Shown here: positions 1 to 5,407 of the stretch, piece after piece | How the letters are laid out: every line of letters begins with the position of its first letter | How positions within the stretch are numbered: position 1 is the first letter of the stretch | Source of the DNA: an uncultured Gammaproteobacteria bacterium | Lineage (GTDB): Bacteria; Pseudomonadota; Gammaproteobacteria; Enterobacterales; Alteromonadaceae | Assembly (NCBI GenBank): GCA_942490545.1 | Contig: CALNXX010000005.1 | Location: forward strand, 352,809-376,808 | Length of the DNA stretch: 24,000 nucleotides | Direction of reading: 5' to 3' | Made by a program: the position numbers and the translations under genes | The notes under the pieces: model-generated | Database searches by the model: none | Told to the model about the DNA's origin: nothing | Seen by the model: the letters and a program-made list of their open reading frames with translations, nothing else

Positions 1-30
1 CTTAAGTAGTTCTAATCCCCATCTTAAAAT

Positions 31-60
31 AGTTAAGCGCTGTCTCGCAGTGTTAACCTT
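31..60 (+). repeat. Partial copy of the dispersed intergenic repeat family (core only)
   Basis: agttaagcgctgtctcgcagtgttaacctt aligns by eye with 118-147 of the next copy (gtaagtctgtgcctctcagtgttaagttt). Confidence 0.4.
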
Positions 61-90
61 ATACCTTTTGACTTTAGCTCATCTAGAACT

Positions 91-211
91 CTGGATAAGC
101 AACAGCTTCCAGCACAGGTAAGTCTGTGCCTCTCAGTGTTAAGTTTGCTTTAAAGAGGCCCACTATTCATTCACAAACAAGCCTTGATAGGCGAAGATCT
201 GTCAGCACTAG
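91..211 (+). repeat. Dispersed intergenic repeat, copy D (about 120 bp)
   Basis: Aligns by eye at roughly 70% identity with 1007-1130. Shared blocks are ctggataagca, cttccagca, ctctc.g.gtta, attcattc.caaa.aagccttgatag and ct.tcag.a. It shows weaker but collinear similarity to the copies at 4041-4148 and 9251-9413. Confidence 0.65.
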
Positions 212-505
212 ATGAAAAGTCAAAATCACTTAATCGTTAAAAAGTAAAATGCATTGCCAATTAACAATATTTCTTATTCAGAGTTCAGTTTAAATATACA
301 CATATTGTAATTCATCTTGATATTTTCGTATTTTTCTACGCTTGGTGAAGTAAGTATCATCTAGATACTTTACTGAAAGTGTAAGTGTCTGATATTAATC
401 AACATACAATGTTTATGGGAATGCTCCGTAACCCTTATTTAGCAAGGTTAGCAGTAGTAGTTTTGTTTAATTTCAAAGAAATGTAATATTTTTTAATAAT
501 AATGG

Positions 506-523
506 TGTGGATTATAATCCACA
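506..523. promoter_or_regulatory. Perfect 18-bp palindrome TGTGGATTATAATCCACA, a candidate operator over the promoter of the downstream small-peptide gene
   Basis: All 9 base pairs are self-complementary (checked position by position). It lies 61 nt upstream of the ATG at 584 and just upstream of a TATATAT -10-like stretch (532-538). The half-site AATCCAC(A) recurs at 548-555, 777-783 and 4307-4314. Confidence 0.55.
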
Positions 524-583
524 TCACTGTCTATATATGTGTATTGCAATCCACATTGTCAAAAATGTTACGAGGAAATAACT

Positions 584-763
584 ATGAAAAACATAAATAA
601 AATCGCAGCTCTTCTTATACTTTCAAGTGTTCTATTCGGCGCAAATGCTTTTGCTGGAGGAAGCAAATCAGGTGGTGATCCTACAGTGAATACAACCAGT
701 GCACCCGCTCCTACTACTACCGATACTATCTGGACAGAATTATTATCTGGATTTGGTCTTTAA
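584..763 (+). CDS. Small secreted protein, 59 aa precursor. Signal peptide MKNINKIAALLILSSVLFGANAFA, then a G/S/T/P-rich segment with GGSKSGGDP, then a C-terminal TIWTELLSGFGL
   Basis: GAGGA Shine-Dalgarno at 572-576, 7 nt before ATG 584. Classic n-h-c signal peptide with an AFA|GG cleavage site. An intrinsic terminator follows directly. The upstream in-frame ATG at 539 would put 15 residues in front of the signal peptide and has no SD. Confidence 0.6.
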   Translation: MKNINKIAALLILSSVLFGANAFAGGSKSGGDPTVNTTSAPAPTTTDTIWTELLSGFGL

Positions 764-783
764 GAAATAAATACGAAATCCAC

Positions 784-811
784 GTTGCCTCTGCTCTCTT
801 CCAGAGGCAAC
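784..811 (+). terminator. Stem-loop downstream of the small-peptide gene
   Basis: GTTGCCTCTG (784-793) pairs with CAGAGGCAAC (802-811), a 10-bp perfect stem with an 8-nt loop, 21 nt after the stop codon. The trailing sequence tcctttcc is only weakly U-rich. Confidence 0.55.
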
Positions 812-1006
812 TCCTTTCCAAATTTGTTATTTTTCCAACTCCCTTTGTAAAGCCCTCCTTTTACTAACTCAAAAACCGTTTAAATGTAATTTGAGCATTT
901 GATATTAAAATTTATAAATTGCTCAAGATTGCTCAAATCGAAATCTGAACTATTTGTTGTTTTGCTAGGGATGTGTATGTTTTCCTGTTTATCTAATGAA
1001 CCTGAA

Positions 1007-1130
1007 CTGGTGATAAGAAAAACCTTCCAGCATGGCTAACCCAGACGTCTCTCTGCGTTATATTTGTTTTAAATAAACCGGTTATTCATTCGCAAATAAG
1101 CCTTGATAGACGCAGGCTTCTCAGTAACGG
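1007..1130 (+). repeat. Dispersed intergenic repeat, copy E
   Basis: Direct repeat of 91-211 (about 70% identity by eye). Together the two copies bracket the 584-763 peptide gene. Confidence 0.65.
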
Positions 1131-1263
1131 ACCAAATACAATGAAAGAAAATATTAAATTATGTGATTTAAAATGAAAGACTCTTAAAGAAAAGACATTA
1201 AACGACATTTCTTATCCCAAGTTTAGGTTAGTGAATGAAATGGCATAAAACCTTTGAAAAACA

Positions 1264-1300
1264 GTAACCTTTTCCTGTAGGTTACATTTTCATTTACTTT
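1264..1300 (+). terminator. Terminator-like hairpin with a T-rich tail in the DoxX leader region
   Basis: GTAACCT (1264-1270) pairs with AGGTTAC (1279-1285) around an 8-nt loop, followed by attttcatttacttttttgg. It sits about 100 nt upstream of the DoxX start. Confidence 0.4.
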
Positions 1301-1388
1301 TTTGGTGTTGTAAAAGCTGGTTTGAGAATGAAAGTTAATGGTTTTTTTCTCTGTCTTTGCAAATAGATTTATATATTGGAAGCCAAAA

Positions 1389-2009
1389 ATGACTATATTG
1401 GATAAGTACCTACCTCTACACAACCTTTTAAACAAGATGAGTTTTGCAGATGGAATTGCACCTTTGTTGCTTAGAATCTATCTTGCCCCTGTACTAATAC
1501 AAGCTGGTTGGAATAAATATATCGCCTTTTCTGATACCGTTGCTTGGTTTGGAAATCCTGATTGGGGTTTAGGTTTGCCAATGCCGGAGGCTTTAGTAAC
1601 TTTGGCCATTGCTGCTGAGCTTATCGGTGGCGCATTTATCTTAATTGGTTTGGCCACACGCTGGGTGAGCATTCCTTTAATGGTAACGATGCTAGTCGCT
1701 GCGTTTAGTGTGCATTGGGGGAATGGTTGGTTGGCAATTGCCGATTCAAGCAGTTGGTTGGCGAATGGGACTATAATGCACAGTGAATCGATCATGAGTG
1801 CACCTGATAAGTTGGATGCCGCTAAGTCAATATTGCAAGAGCATGGAAACTATGAATGGATAACAAGTAGCGGAAAACTTGTTGTTTTAAATAATGGAAT
1901 TGAGTTTGCTTTCACTTATTTTGTCATGCTGTTGTCATTATTTTTTACTGGTGGTGGGCGTTTTACCAGTGTTGATTATTTTATTGCAAAGAAGTTTCTT
2001 CAAAAATAA
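1389..2009 (+). CDS. DoxX-family inner-membrane protein
   Basis: Motif-level recognition of the DoxX fold: LLLRIYLAPVLIQAGWNK, then AAELIGGAFILIGLATRW and other hydrophobic helices. Start moved to ATG 1389 (GGAAG SD 8 nt upstream) from the ORF-track start at 1338, which lacks an SD. Confidence 0.75.
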   Translation: MTILDKYLPLHNLLNKMSFADGIAPLLLRIYLAPVLIQAGWNKYIAFSDTVAWFGNPDWGLGLPMPEALVTLAIAAELIGGAFILIGLATRWVSIPLMVTMLVAAFSVHWGNGWLAIADSSSWLANGTIMHSESIMSAPDKLDAAKSILQEHGNYEWITSSGKLVVLNNGIEFAFTYFVMLLSLFFTGGGRFTSVDYFIAKKFLQK

Positions 2010-2110
2010 GCAGTTGATTAACCTCAGGACTGGAAGGTGTTCCCTATCTAGAATTGAGGTTGATTGGTTTAAGTTAGCTAGGGCAGGCCGGTCTTTCGAG
2101 GTTAATTTTA

Positions 2111-2196
2111 CAGTAGTTTGTAGGAATGACCTTTAGACGCTGCTCAGCAGGTTTTCTATACATACGTTTTGTTTTTGTTGCAGATTGTTAACTTAG
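2111..2196 (-). repeat. Dispersed intergenic repeat, copy C (inverted orientation, left-arm portion)
   Basis: The reverse complement ctaagttaacaatctgcaacaaaaacaaaacgtatgtatagaaaacctgctgagcag...aaaggtcattcctac aligns with 9251-9340 (ctaagttaaaagtctgcaacaaagaacaaaacgtgtgtatgacaaagccctg...tgtaagtcatttctac). Confidence 0.6.
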
Positions 2197-2391
2197 TCAA
2201 CTAGGCCAACAAGCCTGCGCCTCAACCAAAAGTGCATATTTAGAACAAAATTTTAGCACGAAAGATCAATAACCCCTGTAGGAGCCATAAGCGCTCCTGC
2301 TAACTTCATTGTTTTATATAAGATAAAAACTTGCGGCTCTACGCAAGTTGGTTCATATTACCCCGACTAAATTAATTCTCTCTTCAAAATT

Positions 2392-2943
2392 ATGGAAGCG
2401 CTAAGCTTACTTTTAAATAGAACGTCCCATGCTCGACTGGAATCTCCCGCCCCTGAAGGCGAAGAGTTGCAGAATATTATGAATGCAGCCTTGAAAGCTC
2501 CGGATCACGGTGCTTTGGCTCCGTGGCGGTTTATAGTATGCAAAAACAATGGGCTGGTTAAATTAGGTCAGATATTTGAAACGGCAGCTCGTTTAAGTCA
2601 AATGTCTCAAGCTGATGTTGAAAGAGCGGCCAAGTTACCCTTACGAGCCCCTTTGGTTATTATTGCTATAGCTGAATATAGAGAAAGTAAAAAAGTGCCT
2701 CGTATAGAGCAAATATGCTCAGCGGCCTGTGCTGTTCATGCAATGCAAATGGCGGCTCTAGCTCAATCATTTGGTGGTGTATGGCGAACAGGTTCTTATG
2801 CATCAAATTCGATAGTGAAAAAGGAACTCGCTGTTAAAGAGCAAGATGAAATTGTAGGTTTTTTGTATTTAGGCACACCATCATCTACTTCAAGTAAAAA
2901 ACCGGTTAAAAACTGTAAGGATTACTTTGAGGTGTGGGAATAG
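2392..2943 (+). CDS. ydjA: Nitroreductase-family protein, YdjA-like (183 aa)
   Basis: Same length as E. coli YdjA and collinear with it as I recall that sequence: LLxNRxSxxRLxxPAP.GE.LQNI, APDH...PWRF, RAPL.I, KVPR.EQ..SA.CA..AMQMAA.AQ.FGG.WR.G, EQD.IVGFLYLGTP. Confidence 0.8.
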   Translation: MEALSLLLNRTSHARLESPAPEGEELQNIMNAALKAPDHGALAPWRFIVCKNNGLVKLGQIFETAARLSQMSQADVERAAKLPLRAPLVIIAIAEYRESKKVPRIEQICSAACAVHAMQMAALAQSFGGVWRTGSYASNSIVKKELAVKEQDEIVGFLYLGTPSSTSSKKPVKNCKDYFEVWE

Positions 2944-3045
2944 TGCAGAACAATATTTTATTTGATACATAATTTTACCGTATAGAACTTTTTTAGTATT
3001 AAATCGAACATGTTTATGCAGAATAAGTTTAAGTAATCCCGAAGT

Positions 3046-3069
3046 AGTCGGGATATAATTATTACCTGA
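3046..3069 (+). promoter_or_regulatory. Palindrome ATCCCGA-agtag-TCGGGAT abutting a consensus TATAAT box, the likely promoter/operator of the HTH gene
   Basis: 7-bp perfect inverted repeat (3046-3052 / 3058-3064). TATAAT lies at 3064-3069, 54 nt upstream of ATG 3123. No good -35 hexamer is seen. Confidence 0.45.
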
Positions 3070-3122
3070 CGATAGATTTTTGTTATACTCTTTTGAAAAT
3101 CTAACATAAAGGTACGTTTGTT

Positions 3123-3383
3123 ATGTTCATCACAGGTAATGATTTGAGAAGAATGCGCCGCAAAGCTGGAATGACCACTATGCAGATGGCGAAGTTGGCA
3201 AGCGTTAAAACGCGTAAAACTTACGAAAATTGGGAGAAGGACATTGGTGCACCAAGTATGAACCAATTCTTGGCAATGGCGATTGGTTGCCAGTTTAATG
3301 CCATGAGATTGGTTACAATGTATTTGGAACGCCGTACTTTAGAAGATGAAGTCAATCTTACCGAAGCCCACCTCAAAAACTGA
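3123..3383 (+). CDS. Small helix-turn-helix DNA-binding protein (Xre/Cro-like, 86 aa)
   Basis: ITGNDLRRMRRKAGMTTMQMAKLASVKTRKTYENWEKD has the pattern typical of HTH_3-type regulators. A weak SD (AAAGG) lies 10 nt upstream. Confidence 0.65.
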   Translation: MFITGNDLRRMRRKAGMTTMQMAKLASVKTRKTYENWEKDIGAPSMNQFLAMAIGCQFNAMRLVTMYLERRTLEDEVNLTEAHLKN

Positions 3384-3996
3384 ATTTGTAGCCATTGTTG
3401 GTTATGTATGCATAGCGGCTCTTGGGGTCGCGTTCATACAAGTACCAAAGATGTTTATATTGCTGTTTTTGGTAGCTTGTATCTATTCTATTTACCAGAA
3501 TCGGGCATATATAAATATAGTGTCACTGTTGCTGATATTGTTAGGCGCCAAAACTGGCGAGCTGGCGATATTGGAGTTGGTTCGTGATACTAAAAGTAAC
3601 TACTTAATTTTTTCTTCGTTTTTCTTAGTCGATATACCCGCCATTATATTGATTGGATTGCGTGTGCCTCTGTGCCGATATATGGAATATCGTAGGCTTG
3701 GGAAACTCGACGATCCTGAAAGGTTCATCGTAACCAATGCCGATTTGCTCGTTGGAAAAATCTACATCACGTATTGTATTATAAATTTACTTGCCATTGT
3801 TGAGCATGCCTTTAGGCATTTAGACGATTTTGGCTTTCCTTCCGATGCTGAATATACAATTTTCCTATTTAACAATATGCGTGTTATTTGGGACTACTAT
3901 GAGTACGTAAAGCATTCTTTGAACTTCATTGAATTTATAGCTGTTTTTGCCACTGTTTCAAGTTACATGAGAAGTGAACGTATATTGAAAGCTTAA
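3346..3996 (+). CDS. Polytopic membrane protein of unknown family (216 aa, about 6 hydrophobic helices by eye)
   Basis: A long ORF with repeated 18-22 residue hydrophobic stretches (FVAIVGYVCIAALGVAFIQV, MFILLFLVACIYSIY, IVSLLLILLGA, LIFSSFFLVDIPAIILIGL, IYITYCIINLLAIV, FIEFIAVFATV). It overlaps the HTH gene by 38 nt in another frame, which suggests co-transcription or coupling. The start is uncertain because the SD is poor. Confidence 0.6.
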   Translation: MKSILPKPTSKTEFVAIVGYVCIAALGVAFIQVPKMFILLFLVACIYSIYQNRAYINIVSLLLILLGAKTGELAILELVRDTKSNYLIFSSFFLVDIPAIILIGLRVPLCRYMEYRRLGKLDDPERFIVTNADLLVGKIYITYCIINLLAIVEHAFRHLDDFGFPSDAEYTIFLFNNMRVIWDYYEYVKHSLNFIEFIAVFATVSSYMRSERILKA

Positions 3997-4040
3997 TGCA
4001 AAAAACCGTATTAAGGCTTTTGATCTTTTGTACTCAAACT

Positions 4041-4148
4041 TGGAATCAGCAGGGATGCGCCTGTAGGTCATTTCTGCGGCGTTACAGTCTAATTATCTAG
4101 ATTACTACAGTGCATAACCTCTATCTTGTATCAATAGCTTACAGACCG
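4041..4148 (+). repeat. Dispersed intergenic repeat, copy A
   Basis: ctgtaggtcatttctgcggcgttacagtctaattatctagattactacagtgcataacctctatcttgtatcaatagcttacagac aligns at about 75% with 9325-9410 (cttgtaagtcatttctactgcgttagagtctaattatgtagataactacgccggatagactctgccttgtattaacaacctacagac). Confidence 0.7.
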
Positions 4149-4456
4149 ATACTAAATCGGATACAAAAGAGCAATAGGCATTAATACCCACTTCTTTCCA
4201 TTCTCCTAAAATTCTCTTAAATTATTTTTCTATTAAAAGCTTAATTTTTTTGATTATAGACACTTTAATGTGAACTAATCTATTAAAAAATAAAGAAAAT
4301 TATCCAAATCCACAAATCACATGTTGCATACCTTATAACACTATCAGGTAAGAAAACTTCATATAGAGTGCCCATGGTGTAGTATTTTTAATAAAAAGTG
4401 TCATAATGAATTTGGAGGGAAAAAAACTACCCTCACAACAGTGTGTGGAGGAGCTT

Positions 4457-4711
4457 ATGAAAAATGTTATTAAACACTTTCTATCTGTATTTACAATAAC
4501 AACCATTCTATTTATACCTATACAAAGTAGTGCAACTGAGACTTTGACAGTTGAAGGTTTTTTGGATTGGATGACAATAGTAAAAAAATCAAATGGAGAT
4601 GGAGTAGCTAACTCTGGAGGAACTAAAGGTGACCCGTCTGACGGACAAGGGACGGGTTCTGATGATTCCTCTGGGTCTGATTCAGGTGGAACAAAAGGCG
4701 ATCCAATTTAA
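4457..4711 (+). CDS. Small secreted protein, 84 aa precursor. Signal peptide MKNVIKHFLSVFTITTILFIPIQSSA, then ETLTVEGFLDWMTIV, then a G/S/D/T-rich tail with two SGGTKGDP repeats
   Basis: GGAGGA SD at 4447-4452, 4 nt before ATG 4457; the ORF-track start at 4406 has no SD. The signal peptide has an SSA|TE site. A strong intrinsic terminator follows. The duplicated octapeptide is encoded with only synonymous differences. Confidence 0.65.
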   Translation: MKNVIKHFLSVFTITTILFIPIQSSATETLTVEGFLDWMTIVKKSNGDGVANSGGTKGDPSDGQGTGSDDSSGSDSGGTKGDPI

Positions 4712-4739
4712 CAATTACATAATAATAAACGTTATTAAT

Positions 4740-4768
4740 AAAACCAGTCCTTGGACTGGTTTTATTTT
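4740..4768 (+). terminator. Rho-independent terminator of the second small-peptide gene
   Basis: AACCAGTCC (4741-4749) pairs with GGACTGGTT (4752-4760), followed by TTTTATTTT. It starts 29 nt after the stop codon. Confidence 0.75.
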
Positions 4769-5407
4769 GATCATTGCAATATTTTTTAAAAATCACTTTA
4801 CTTTCTAGTTACAAGTGTTAATTAATTGTTATAAATTAAGGTCGGATAATAATTAAACCGCCCCTCTGGTCAGTCCTCTATTCTTTTAAATTAAAAACTC
4901 ATTTAAAAACAATGATATTCTAAAAAGAGATATAATATAATTTAAATGTTTTTGTGTTTTGTGGAATATTCATTCACCATCTTTGTCGCAAAATATGTAA
5001 TTAATAATAAAATTTAATTACAAATAATTACATGTTTTGTAAGAAGTGTTGCTTAGCGATACTTACTTCAAATAATAAAAATAATTAAAAGTAACCAACA
5101 AGTTGTTCTCACTTAATTCTCTTCAATAAGTAGTGTGGTAATGCAGTTTCAAATAATGTCTATTTCATAGTTAATCATTAATTTATTTTAATTTTAAACC
5201 GTAATATTCATTGTTGGACGGCACTTTCGTATTGTTGAATTGAGTTCAAATACTGGAAAGTATTTACACGTAAAAATGTAATAAAAATAAAAACAAGGCA
5301 AAGGATAGAGCATAAGTTGGTTAGTAACTTTTTTATAATAATGGGTTTTATTTAGTAGTAGCCCGAATATAAAAAGAATAATTACAACAAGTGTTGAAGG
5401 AATTTTA

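Noticed and set aside
539-583. Upstream in-frame extension MYCNPHCQKCYEEIT (Cys-rich) of the first small peptide
   Set aside because: There is no SD before ATG 539. It would place 15 residues in front of a canonical signal peptide. The stretch coincides with the AATCCACA regulatory half-site, and ATG 584 has a good GAGGA SD.
1478-1795. 105-aa minus-strand ORF, plus 1223-1435(-) and 1894-2136(+)
   Set aside because: They are antisense to, or overlap out of frame with, the DoxX gene, or lie in its leader. No family signal or SD is present.
2958-3266. 102-aa minus-strand ORF across the HTH promoter and start
   Set aside because: It overlaps the HTH gene and its promoter palindrome on the opposite strand and has AT-rich, stop-poor composition. 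Nothing about it is recognisable.
4616-4705. GGTKGDP as an RTX calcium-binding nonapeptide or a KGD integrin-type adhesion motif
   Set aside because: The RTX consensus is GGxGxDxUx, while here it is GGxxGD, with only two widely spaced copies and no beta-roll-length array. KGD is absent from the paralog, which has GGD, so a KGD-specific role is unsupported.
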